Assembly (NCBI GenBank): GCA_963829055.1
Contig: CAWHHI010000004.1
Location: 416,001-480,000, forward strand
DNA from: an uncultured Gemmatimonadaceae bacterium
GTDB taxonomy: Bacteria > Gemmatimonadota > Gemmatimonadetes > Gemmatimonadales > Gemmatimonadaceae
Length of the DNA stretch: 64,000 nt
Reading direction: 5' to 3'
Shown: in pieces, positions 33,678 through 44,318 of the stretch
Layout of the letters: every line of letters begins with the position of its first letter
Position numbering within the stretch: the first letter of the stretch is position 1
The notes under the pieces: model-generated
The model's input: the letters and a program-made list of their open reading frames with translations, nothing else
Databases searched by the model: none
What the model was told of the DNA's origin: nothing
Program-made: the position numbers and the translations under genes

Positions 33678-34956
33678 ATGATTTCCCCGATCGCCCGACC
33701 CGGTCACCGCACTCGCACGTTCGCTCGACGAGCAGCACGCGCGTGGTCGCTCCGGGCCCGTTCGCTGTGCCTCGCGTGCGTGCTCGCCGCCGCGTGTGAG
33801 GTCGTCGACAGCAAGTCGGCGCGACACGGAAGGCGGAGGCACGGAAGCAGGATACGACTACGGTTACCGGCCGCGGTTCCGGAAAGTGCGCGCGGAACCG
33901 TCGCGATCGACTCGGCGCCCGCGACGCCGGTGACGCCCGCTGACAGCGCTGAGGGCCGGCGTCGCGGACGACACCGGCGTCGTTCGCCTGTATCCGCCGT
34001 CGACCGCGACGCGGCGGCGTCGTGTTCGCGCTCGCCGAAGGCGTGGCCACGCCAACGCCCGCGGTGCACGTGGAAGAGCGCGCCGCTGCCGTGCTATCGC
34101 ACGAGCGATGGAACGTTGCGTCGACCATTCCGTTGCCGGCGGACGAAGACGCGGGGACGTTCACCCTAACGGTGGATCGCCCCGGCGGACGGATTGTGAG
34201 GCAGATCACAATCGCCGATCACGACTTCGGTCGTGAGCTCATCTTTCTCACGGACAGTCGTCTACAAGCGCGCGACGAGCACGCGCGAGATCGCGCGCGA
34301 CGCGAGAGCGGTCAGGGCATCGCTGTCGGTGGAGTCGCCGGACCGGCGGTGGACGCGGGCGGTGGCGCGAGCCGGTGCCGGGTATGAAGAGCACCGGGTA
34401 CGGCGTCGAGCGCTACTACTATCGTGCGACGGATTCCACGCGGTCCATCACCGCTGGACTACGCAGGCGAAGACGCGCGGCACGTTCGCGGGCGATACGA
34501 GCGATGCGCCGCTCACCGGCGCGCCGTCGTGGCGACATGCGGGCGTCGACCTCCCCGCGAAGCGCGGCGCGACCGTCATTGCGCCCGCGGCCGGGTCGTG
34601 GTCGCGATGTGGGCGAGTACGTGCTGTCAGGTCGCACGGTGCTCGTGGATCACGGCCAGGGCGTCGTGTCGGCCTACTTCCATCTCGACACGGCGACGGT
34701 CTCGAAGGGCGACATCGTGCGCGCCGGCGACCGCATTGGCCGCGTGGGATCGACCGGCCTCGCGACCGGGCCGCATTTGCACTTCGGCGTCTACCTCCAC
34801 GGGAAGGATGTCGACCCGGTCGCGTGGCGAGACATGCCGCTGGTCGTGGATGACTCGACAGACGTGAGAGACTCTGGCAGCTGGTGGCTCGGCGCTGATG
34901 GACCGTCAAAGGGGTCAGAGTCGCATCAAGCGACTCTGACCCCAGCTACCAGCTAG
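33678..34956 (+). CDS. M23 family metallopeptidase, probable lipoprotein (frameshifted)
   Basis: LAAC lipobox; HAGVD, SAYFHL, GSTGLATGPHLHF motifs. Ends approximate. Confidence 0.88.
34911..34943. repeat. GGGGTCAGA...TCTGACCCC hairpin (REP-like, possible bidirectional terminator)
   Basis: 14-bp perfect stem GGGGTCAGAGTCGC/GCGACTCTGACCCC with 5-nt loop at a convergent gene junction. Confidence 0.75.
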
Positions 34957-35672
34957 CGCCGCTCAGCTCGGTCCCGGTCTCGCGGAGCACGTAGCCGACG
35001 CCTCGCACGGTGTGCACGAGCGGCGATGCGCCGTCGGTCTCGAGCTTCTTTCGGAGGTAGTTGATGTAGACGTCGACGATGTTCGTCGTCGGGTCGAACG
35101 GCTGCTTCCACACCTGCTCCGAGATCTGCTCGCGCGTGACCGGAATGCCCGCGTGTCGCATGAGGTACTCGAGCAGCGCGTACTCCTTCTGCGTGAGCGC
35201 GAGCTTGCGGCCCGCGCGCGTGACCTCGCGCGAGATCGGATCGATCGACAGGTCGCCGACGCGCATCATCGTCTCGCCTGCGCGAATCGATGCGCGACGC
35301 AGCAGCGCCTTCACGCGAGCGAGCAGCTCATCGTAGTCGAACGGCTTCGCGAGGTAGTCGTCGGCGCCCGCGTCGAACCCCGTGACTTTGTCCGACACGG
35401 TGTCGCGCGCGGTGAGCATGAGCACGGGCGCGGTGAAGGCCCGATTTCTGAGCTCTCGGGCGACGTGAAGGCCGCTCCGCTTGGGCAGGCCAATGTCGAG
35501 AATGACGAGGTCTGGCCGATGGTCGAGGGCCATTTGCAGTCCGCTGTCGCCGTCATCGGCCGTCAGCACCGAGTACCCGTTGTCGGACAGTGTGCGCTGC
35601 GAGCACGTCGAGCACTTCGCGCCGGTCCTCGACGACGAGTACGGTCGCTGTTGGACGCTCGGTGGTTGCCAT
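34946..35672 (-). CDS. OmpR/PhoB family response regulator (one frameshift)
   Basis: VLVVED, DLVILDIGLP, LMLTA, GADDYLAKPF, NIVDVYINYLRKK, TVRGVGY; no adjacent kinase. Confidence 0.95.
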
Positions 35673-35828
35673 GCGGAGAACATTACGGTTAGCTGCAGCG
35701 CCAGCAAGGCGCGCTTTGGATAACCTCGAGCCACTCCTTGGTCTGATCGCGGACCGGTTCGCGCTGACGCGGTCCGCGACATCGCCCTTGAGCGGACTCG
35801 GCCGGGCCCGTTTCCTTTCGCGCGATGA

Positions 35829-36280
35829 GTGACTCGCGAATCGCGAGCTGGAATCCGAGTGGGGACCGTCGCCGCCGCCGCCACCATCGGCGCCGTGATC
35901 GGACTCGGGCTGCGACACGGCCTCGCGCTGCGGCCGTTCACGTCCGCGGGGCGCGCGCTGCTCGAGAAGCTCGGCGTGCGTCGGGAGCCCATCCGGCGAG
36001 CGCGCTCGTCGGGCTCGCGATCGTTGCGTGCGCGATCATCGTGTTGGGTGTGTGCTTCACAGTTGTCGCTGCGCCGCTACGGGGCTTCGGCTTCTCGTTG
36101 CCGCGATCGTGTTCGGCGCGATCGCGTGGAGCGTGTCCGCGTTCGTTGTGCCCTCCATTCTCGCGTGGAGCACGCGGCGCTGTGCTGGGCACCGCGCAAC
36201 GAGTGTTCATCTTCAGCATGCTCACGATCGCACTCGTGGTCGGTATGCGACTTGCCCGATCGAGCATCCAGATCGACTAG
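35829..36280 (+). CDS. Hypothetical membrane protein (frameshifted)
   Basis: About four hydrophobic segments spread across frames (VGTVAAAATIGAVIGLG, LVGLAIVACAIIVLG, LLVAAIVFGAIAW, VFIFSMLTIALVVG). Confidence 0.6.
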
Positions 36281-36452
36281 CATCGAGCTGGACGCACGGA
36301 ATCCAATTGGAACTCCGGAGCGTACACGCAGTATGTGTCGTCAGGCGCGCGCGCGGGGTCTGCCCTCAGTGCGGTGCGAGTCGAGGAACGATCGGCGCTC
36401 CGGACTCGACTTCGAGTCGAGCACCGCGGAGCTTCATTCACAGGGAGGGGTT

Positions 36453-36992
36453 ATGGACATCCTCGTGATGCTCGAGGACAACCCCGAACACTCGACAATG
36501 CTGGCCCACGTGAACTCGGTGCCGGCGCCGCTGAACTCGGAGCGGCCGCCGCGCGATGTGGTGACCCTCTACGGGGTGCCGAGTCCGGAGTCGCTGGCAT
36601 TGGCGCTCGCTGCCGCAGTGGAATCGCGGCGGTTGCCGGAAGAGCGTTCGGACACGATTCGCCACCTCGGCGTGTGGCCGGAGCGTGGCGCAGTCGGAGA
36701 TGCGGCCTGGCGGGATATGAGCACAGGCCAACTGCTGACCCGCGATCTCGAGATCCCGCTCGAGACGCTCGTCGACACGGCGCGGCAGCTGCTCGGCGAG
36801 TGCGGACAGACCATTCGCCGCCTGGTGGCCGGGCTCACAATGCCCGATTGGCCCGAAGGCGCTCGCCGCGCGATCAGCTTTTCGTTTTCCCCCATGGTCG
36901 CGGTCTCGCTGCCCGGGGCGATGCAGATCGACACGATGCTCGAGAGCTTCCGCGAAGCCGACGGGATCACCTTCGATAACGACGGAGACTGA
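36453..36992 (+). CDS. Hypothetical protein
   Basis: GGGAGG RBS, ATG at 36453, acidic globular-looking sequence, followed by a terminator. Confidence 0.75.
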   Translation: MDILVMLEDNPEHSTMLAHVNSVPAPLNSERPPRDVVTLYGVPSPESLALALAAAVESRRLPEERSDTIRHLGVWPERGAVGDAAWRDMSTGQLLTRDLEIPLETLVDTARQLLGECGQTIRRLVAGLTMPDWPEGARRAISFSFSPMVAVSLPGAMQIDTMLESFREADGITFDNDGD

Positions 36993-37020
36993 GACAAGAA
37001 CCCTAATTGTCAGAGCAGTG

Positions 37021-37058
37021 AGAAGGCCGCCGAGCTGAGCTCTGGCGGCCTTTTTCTT
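37021..37058 (+). terminator. Intrinsic terminator
   Basis: AAGGCCGCC...GGCGGCCTT stem followed by a TTTTTCTT tract. Confidence 0.85.
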
Positions 37059-37188
37059 CGTCGACGGCTACCGGGCAGAAGCGCTGATGGCCGATAGCTG
37101 CCGGCCGATGGCTCACGGGTGCCGTAAGGCCCCTTGACGAACCCGCGACCGCGCGACAAATCCTCGAAAGTCTACGAACCCCAACTCC

Positions 37189-37448
37189 ATGCAAGAGCGC
37201 TCCACTCAGCAGTCACGCCGCCAGTCACCGGGCGGCGCTCGCGTCTTCGCGGATGATGCGGGCGATTGTGGAACGCGTCGCACGCCACTGGCACCGTCGA
37301 TGCGGCGGTCGTGTTCACGTGCATCAGCGACTCGCGGCAGACCGCACGCGCGATCGCCGTCCCCGTCGGCTTCGCCCTGACCGACACCGGCGACGAGTTG
37401 CTCCGCGCCTGGCTTCGCGAGGCACCGCGCATGGGCCTACTCACTTGA
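37189..37448 (+). CDS. Small hypothetical protein (one frameshift)
   Basis: MQERS..RVFADDAG joins WNASH..VVFTCISDSR..DELLRAWLREAPR in the next frame. Confidence 0.55.
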
Positions 37449-37493
37449 GCTCCACCTGAGCTGGAATCACCCGAGCAGTCGAGGATACGAGCA

Positions 37494-39610
37494 ATGCGGG
37501 AGTATCGCAGCGCAGACATCCGGAACGTGGCCGTGGTCGGTCACGGAGCGAGCGGGAAGACCACACTGGTCGACGCGCTCGCGTTCGTTTCTGGCTCCAG
37601 CAAGCGCCACGGCTCGGTGAAGGATGGCACCGCGCTCACCGACCACACGGCGGAAGAGATCGACCGCGGGTTCTCGATCAACCTCGGGTGCGCGTTCGCC
37701 GAGTGGATGGACACGAAGATCAACCTGATCGACACGCCGGGGTACCTCGACTTCCAGGGTGACGCGCGTCGCCGGACTCGCCGCCGCGGACGGTGCACTC
37801 GTCGTCGTGAGCGCGACCGCCGGCGTCGAAGTCGGAACGGAGAAGATGTTCCGCGAGGCGGTGAGCCGCGCCGACCCGGTGCTGTTCGTCGTGTCGATGA
37901 TGGACAAGGAGAACGCGAACTTCGACGCGATCTACCAGCAGATCAAACAGCGCCTGACGTCGAAGGTGATCCCGGTCGAAGTGCCGATCGGCAACGGGCC
38001 GGAATTCCGCGGCATCATGAACCTGTTCGCGAAGTGCGCCTACATCTACAAGCCGGGCACGAAGTCGGGCGAGTACGACGAGGTCGACATCCCCGCCGAC
38101 GCGCAGGAGACGTACGATCGCTACCACCAGGAGCTGATCGAAGCCATCTCCGCGACCGACGACACGCTGCTCGAGCGCTATCTCGAGGGTGTCGAGATCG
38201 GGCGCGACGAGGCGATTCACGGGAATGAAGGAAGCGATGAAGCGCGGCGATCTCTTCCCGCTCTTCGTCGTGTCGTCGGAGAAGACGTACGGCATCTCGG
38301 CGCTGCTCACGGAGATCGTGCAGCTCATGCCGTCCGCGTACGAGATGGAGGAGATCCACGCGTTCAAGGGCGCCGAGGGCGACAAGACCGTCGAGATCCA
38401 TGCCGAGGACAACGGCCGTTCTCGGCCCACGTGTTCAAGACGACGTCCGAGCCGCACATCGGCGAGGTCTCGTACTTCCGCATCGTTCTCGGGCACCGTG
38501 TCGAACGGGCAGGAGGTGTACAACGCGACGCGCGACGGCGTCGAGAAGATGGGCCACCTCAGCGTCGCGCAGGGGAAGGACCGCATCGAGGTGCCGATCC
38601 TTCACCCGGGCGACATCGGCTGCGTGGCCAAGCTCCGCAACACGCACACGAACGACACGCTGTCCACGAGGGAGCATCCGGTCCGTCTGCCGCAGATCCA
38701 CTTCCCGGAGCCGATCGTGACGTTCGCGGTGCAGCGCGACGGCGCGGCACGACGAGGAGAAGCTGCAGCAGGGCATTCACCGGCTGCACGACGAGGACCC
38801 GACGTTCGAGACTCGTTATGTGCCGGAGACGCACGAGACGGTCATCAGCGGCATGGGCGAGCGTCACCTCGAAGTCGCGATGTCGAAGCTCAAGCGGAAA
38901 GGCGGGCGTGTCGGCGGAGCTGGCGCGTCCGCGCATTGCCTATCGCGAGACGATCACGGCGAAGGCCGAAGGGCAGGGCCGCCACAAGAAACAGTCGGGC
39001 GGCCGCGGACAGTTCGGCGACTGCTGGATTCGCATGCGGCCCGACGCCGCGCGGCAAGGGCTACGAGTTCATCGATGAGATCGTCGGCGGGTCGATCCCG
39101 AGCAAGTTCATTCCGGCGGTCGACAAGGGCATTCAGGAAGCGTCCGCGCGCGGCGTGCTCGCCGGCTATCCGATGGTCGACTTCGCGGTCGAGCTGTTCG
39201 ACGGCTCGTACCACTCGGTGGACTCGAACGAAATGTCGTTCAAGATGGCGGGCATTCAGGGCTTCAAGACCGTCGCGCCGAAGTGCCGGCCCGTGCTGCT
39301 CGAGCCGCTCGATGAGATCGAGATCTCGACGCCCGATCAGTATCTCGGCGACGTGATGGGCGACATCTCGAGCCGCCGCGGCAGCATCCTGGGCACCGAT
39401 TCACTCGGCGACGCACGTGGGACGCGCGTGCGTGCGGTCGTGCCGCAGGCGGAGCTGCACCTGTACGCGACGGACCTGCACTCGATGACGCACGGCCGCG
39501 GCACGTTCGCGCGGCGCTTCCACGGCTACGAGCAGATGCCGGGCGACGCCGCGCAGAAGGTGATCGAGGAATCGGCGAAGGTGAAAGAAGGCGAGCTCGC
39601 CGAGGTCTGA
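37494..39610 (+). CDS. fusA: Elongation factor G-like protein (EF-G2 type, frameshifted)
   Basis: IRNVAVVGHGASGKTT, NLIDTPGY, GMGERHL, HKKQSGGRGQFGD, DGSYHSVDS, LLEP; not in an rpsL-rpsG-tuf operon, so a paralogue. Confidence 0.92.
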
Positions 39611-39638
39611 CGAGCACAGACGACGGTGGTGGCGACGA

Positions 39639-41709
39639 TCAACGATCGGCAGCCATCACCGTCGCCGTTCCGCCCGACGGCGAACACTCGCGAGTCTATC
39701 TCGCCCGATAAGCCGAGCAGGATCTGCGTGGTGCGTGAGTCGAGCGCCGTCCACGTGCTGCCGTTGAAGCGGAACAGCACCCCGTCCTCGCCAGCGGCGT
39801 AGACGTCGGTGGGCCCCGTGCCCCACACCGCGCGCGAGTGCCTTCGTCGTCGGGTTGGGCAGCGCGTACCAGCGCACGCCGTCGTAGCGAAGCACGGTCC
39901 CACCTTCGCCGACGGCGAAGACATCGTTCGACCCAGCTGCCCCACACGGCGCGCAGCAGGAACGCCGTGCCGCTGGCCATGGACGTCCACCGCGAGCCGT
40001 CGAAGTGGATGATCGTGCCGGTGTCGCCAACGGCGTACACGTCGTTAGGCGCGCTGCCCCACACGCTGCGCAGGAACCGCGTCGTGGGGCTCGTCACGGA
40101 CGACACTGCCTCGCCGTTGGCGCGGAGGATCGTGCCTTCGGCACCGACGATGTAGCGTCAGGTCGCGATCGATCGTCCAGACTGACCGGAGCAGCAGCGG
40201 ATCGCGGGCTCGCGATCGACGACCAGCGCGACGCCGTCGTAGTGCAGCACGGTTCCTGTGTCACCGACGGCATAGACGTTCGTCGGCCCACTGCCGTTCA
40301 CGCCGTAGAGATCGTTCGCCGGAGGAACCGGGCTCCGGTTTCCAGTCCCGATGCGTCACGCCGCAGCACGAGACCGCCGAGGCCGACGGCGTACACCGCT
40401 TCCCGAGCCCGAGCCCAGACGGAGAAGAGCGTGGGCGCGGTAACGAGCGTGCTCCAGGTTCGGTGATGCCGCCACGCGCGACCGTGCCCGACCATCCGGC
40501 GACGAACGATCTGGCCACCAGCGCCCCACACCGCGCGGAGGTTCTGGCGCGATGGCGACGTTCGCGACCGTGGACCAGCGACGCGCCGTCGAAGTGGATG
40601 ATCTCGCCGGTGTTGCCGACGGCGTACACGTCGTTAGGCGCACTGCCCCAGATGCCGAACAGGTGCTTTCGTCGTCGGACTCACGACGTTCTGCCAGTTC
40701 GTTCCGTCGAAGTGAAGCACCATGCCCTCCACGCCGACGGCGTAGACATTGTTAGGCGTCGCGCCCCACACGCCGAACAGCGCGGTGGTCGTAGGGCTCG
40801 GCATCGCCGTCCACGCGGTTCCGTCGAAGCGAAGGATCGCGCCATTCTGGCCCACGGCCATGAGATTCGTCGGTGACCAGCCCCAGACGCCCCAGATCTC
40901 GGTATTGCCGTTGTTCGTCATCGGCGACCACTGCGTGCCGTCGAATCGGAGCATCGAGCCGCCGGCACCAACGGCGTAGACGTGGGTGGCGTCGAGCCCC
41001 CACACCTCGAGCAGCGTGTTCGGGCGTGCCGCTCGCCATCGCGGTCCACGCCGCGCCGTCGTAGTGCAGCATGAGACCGTTCGTGCCGACGGCGAACACG
41101 TTCGACTCGCTCGTGCCCCAGATTCCCGACGATGGTTTCGCGCGTGCCCGTCGCCATGGTGCTCCAGCCGCCACCCGTCCAGCGGAGGATGATGCCCTCC
41201 TGCCCGCCGGCGAATACGGACGTCGGACTCGCCGCCCACACCGCGAGCAGCGACACCTCGGTCAGTCCCTGCGTATCCAGCCCCCACGTCTTCACGGGTC
41301 GCTGGCCGGAGACGATCGTGACCGACGACGTCGATTTGAACGAGCCGACGCTGCCGGTGACCTGAGCGCTCCCGTTCGCGAGCGCGGTCAACACTCCGGC
41401 TGTGGACACGCTCGCCTTCGAGGGGTCCGAGACGGTCCACTTCGGCGTCATCTCGTCGGTGATGGTGCCGTCGGCTTTGCGGCCGAAGATCTGGAGCGGT
41501 GCGGTCGCTCCGACTTCGAGGTAGAGCGAGGCGGGGTGCACTTCGACGGCCGTAATGCCCGGGCCGACGCCTGCGGGCTCGTCGCCGTTGCAGGCCATTG
41601 CGCCGGTCAGAGCCGCGACGAGGAGGACGCCGAACGTGACGCGCGCGGCTGCCTGCAACTTCCGGCGGTGCGGCGACAGCGGCGACAGAGCTGGGGCCGG
41701 AAGCGTCAT
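39639..41709 (-). CDS. Lipoprotein with Ig-like (Big_2) domain and repeated beta-propeller blades (frameshifted)
   Basis: Lipobox AMAC; WTVSDPSKASVSTAGVLTA; many VWG-S/T-xxxVYAVG..G.ILxFDG..W repeats. Confidence 0.85.
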
Positions 41710-41793
41710 CGACGTCTGGCTCGACCGTGGTGCGTTGAATTCATCAATGCGGTAGTACAGGGAGACTCGGCGGCGGAGCCGAACGTCAAACCG

Positions 41794-41827
41794 CCGTGCT
41801 GGTACGGGAACGTATGTACCAGCACGG
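41794..41827. terminator. Hairpin, possible terminator
   Basis: CCGTGCTGGTAC...GTACCAGCACGG 12-bp stem downstream of the DUF3761-like gene. Confidence 0.45.
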
Positions 41828-41903
41828 CGAAATACACCGCCTATCTCAAAGTAGCTCGCACCCGAGGCGAGCTCTACGAACGCACTGACCTATTGGACGC
41901 TCG

Positions 41904-42309
41904 TTATGACTTCTTGAGCCACTCCGCGACACCCTTGTGTCCCGAGCACGCACCCTGTCGCTCGGCTTTCGAGTAGAACGTCCCGTCGTTGCAACGCGCG
42001 GTTGCCCCCTTGGGTACGGCACTACTGGCGGTCGTGAGCCATTCGCCGACCCCACCGTGCGACGAGCACGCGCCCTGCCGAGAAGCGCCGCTGTACATCG
42101 TTCCATCCTTGCACTTCGCGCGTTGCGCCGCGGGCGCTGGAGTTTGAGCGGCGGTGCGGAGTCTGTGTCGCTGACGTCGCCGCAGCCGGTGTAGCCGGCG
42201 TGGCGTTCTTCGCGGCAGCGGACCCTTTGGCTGGAGTGCCCTGAGCGAACAGGGCGAACGGCGCTGTGGCGATCAGTGCGAGTACGAGTGAGATGCGGGT
42301 AATGCGCAT
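41904..42309 (-). CDS. Secreted protein with two DUF3761-like Cys/His motifs (frameshifted)
   Basis: Signal peptide; CKDGTMYSGASRQGACSSHGGV and ARCNDGTFYSKAERQGACSGHKGV. Confidence 0.8.
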
Positions 42310-42410
42310 GTGATCTCCGGACGAGGGGATCGGGCGGGTTGGATCGACGGCCACTCGCACGGTGCACCAGCGCCCCTAACGACGGAATGAACGAAGTCCG
42401 GGTCACAATT

Positions 42411-42446
42411 GTAATTGGGGTCAGACTCGAGTCTGACCCCAATTAC
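42411..42446. repeat. Perfect 36-bp palindrome, GGGGTCAGA family
   Basis: GTAATTGGGGTCAGACTC-GAGTCTGACCCCAATTAC. Confidence 0.9.
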
Positions 42447-42471
42447 GTAGGAGATGCCGGCCGCTCAGCTC

Positions 42472-42939
42472 TTACCGCTTGGTGAGCACCTCGATCACGC
42501 CACCGGGATGCCCCGATCCCCATTTCGTCTGCGCTTCCGACGCGCTGAAGTAGCGCAGCGCGGCGATCGATGACGCGGAGATCTGTCGGAGCTGCTCGAC
42601 GTCGCCCATTCGATTGTTATCCATGTAGACGAGCAGCTCGCCGGTCGCCTGTGCGTTCGCGGATGCGACCTGGCGCGGGCTCAACATCGCGGGACGCAGC
42701 TTTTGCACAGCCTCGTAGGCGTTCTGCACGCTCGCCCGCGAAATCTCATCGGCGGTGATGAGATTCGGGTTTCCCTTCGCGCCACCGCTGCCGCCGCCTG
42801 AGGACGACGCGCACGCGGCCACGCCAAGCACCACGATCGTGGCGACGCACGCGATGGTGAGTCGCGCGCCAGCGTGCCGACTCAGGGATGCACTCGGGAC
42901 TCGACGACCATCGCCCATCTCACCAGAGATCCCCGGCAT
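42472..42939 (-). CDS. Small lipoprotein with stand-alone TonB plug-like domain
   Basis: VAAC lipobox; NLITADEI..NAYEAVQKLRP, EAQTKWG..HPGGVIEVLT. Start approximate. Confidence 0.75.
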   Translation of the reverse strand: MPGISGEMGDGRRVPSASLSRHAGARLTIACVATIVVLGVAACASSSGGGSGGAKGNPNLITADEISRASVQNAYEAVQKLRPAMLSPRQVASANAQATGELLVYMDNNRMGDVEQLRQISASSIAALRYFSASEAQTKWGSGHPGGVIEVLTKR

Positions 42940-43130
42940 GATTCGCTCTCCTCGGCGCTCGGCGCCCGATGCACGCGCTGCGTGCTGGTCTGAACTTGCC
43001 ACACCTGACAGGCGGGACACCCCCGCCCGGAACGCCCTGACCCTACGACGCGTGCACGACGGGCGCAAGCATGAACGAGAACGGCCGCCGAATCGCTCGG
43101 CGGCCGTTCGTTGTGTGCGGGACGATGGCA

Positions 43131-44318
43131 CTAACCAGTCGCCGAACGACGACGTGGAACTTTGCCGTTCTTCCCAGTTCGCTCTTTGCTCTTCTGCGCC
43201 GACTGTCCGACGGCGATCGGCACGATGTCCGGTACGTCAACCGGCTCGTTGCCGCAGCCGCCACCCTGCTTCGGCTGCTTGTACACGTACCGCTCGCCCT
43301 GGTAGTTGCGGAACGTGACCGAGTCCTCGGTAATCTCCTCCACGTACTCCGGCAGCAGCGGCACCTTGCCGCCTCCACCAGGCGCGTCGATCACGAAATG
43401 CGGGACCGCGAGACCTGACGTCCAGCCGCGCAGTGCCTTGATGATCTCGAGGCCTTTCTGGACCGTCGTGCGGAAGTGCTCACCGCCCGCGACCTGATCG
43501 GCCATGTAGATGTAGTAGGGACGCACGCGCGCTTTGAGCAGCTCGTGCATCAACTTCATCATGATCTTGGGGTCGTCGTTCACGCCGCGCAGCAGCACGG
43601 TCTGGCAGCCGAGCGGGATGCCGGCCTTCGAGAGCATGTCGAGCGCCTGACGCACGCGCGGCGTGAGCTCGTCGGGATGGTTGAAGTGGGTGTTCATGTA
43701 CACCGGATGGTACTTCTGCACCATCTCGCAGAACTCCGGCGTTATGCGCTCGGGGAGGTGCGAGGTGATGCGGCTTCCGATGCGGATGATCTCGACGTGC
43801 GGGATCGCGCGCAGGTTCTGAAAGAGATACTCGAGGCGTCGATCGCTGAGCATCATCGGGTCGCCGCCGGACATGATGACGTCGCGGATCTCCGGATGCT
43901 GCCGGATGTACTCGAACGCCGACTCGTACTGGTTGAGTGGAATCTTCTCGGGGTCGCCGACCTTGCGACGCCGCGTGCAGAAGCGGCAGTAGCTCGCGCA
44001 GACGGGGCTCACGAGGAACAACACGCGATCCGGATACCGGTGCGTGATGTTCGGCACAGGCGAGTCCGCGTCCTCATCGAGCGAGTCGATGACTCCGTCG
44101 ACGATGTCGAGCTCCTGAACCGTCGGGACATACTGCTGCCACATGGGGTCGCCGACGCTCTTGATCTGGTCGAGCGCGGACGGCGTGATGCGCATCTGAA
44201 AGTTCTCGAATGCCGGACGCAGCGCTTCGACATCAATGACGTCGTGCCCGAATTTTTCCGCCAGCTTGTCCAGCGTAGCAACGGCGTCGTCTTTCAGGAT
44301 CTTCTGCCACTCGCTCAT
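43131..44318 (-). CDS. kamA: KamA family radical SAM enzyme (lysine 2,3-aminomutase-like)
   Basis: THRYPDR, CASYCRFCTRRR (CxxxCxxC), SGGDP, HFNHP, QTVLLRGVND, DAPGGGGK (PLP Lys). Confidence 0.93.
   Translation of the reverse strand: MSEWQKILKDDAVATLDKLAEKFGHDVIDVEALRPAFENFQMRITPSALDQIKSVGDPMWQQYVPTVQELDIVDGVIDSLDEDADSPVPNITHRYPDRVLFLVSPVCASYCRFCTRRRKVGDPEKIPLNQYESAFEYIRQHPEIRDVIMSGGDPMMLSDRRLEYLFQNLRAIPHVEIIRIGSRITSHLPERITPEFCEMVQKYHPVYMNTHFNHPDELTPRVRQALDMLSKAGIPLGCQTVLLRGVNDDPKIMMKLMHELLKARVRPYYIYMADQVAGGEHFRTTVQKGLEIIKALRGWTSGLAVPHFVIDAPGGGGKVPLLPEYVEEITEDSVTFRNYQGERYVYKQPKQGGGCGNEPVDVPDIVPIAVGQSAQKSKERTGKNGKVPRRRSATG

Noticed and set aside
43131..44318. Calling the KamA-family gene epmB (EF-P beta-lysylation)
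   Set aside because: No efp or epmA nearby, and the ligase/GNAT context points to a different pathway.
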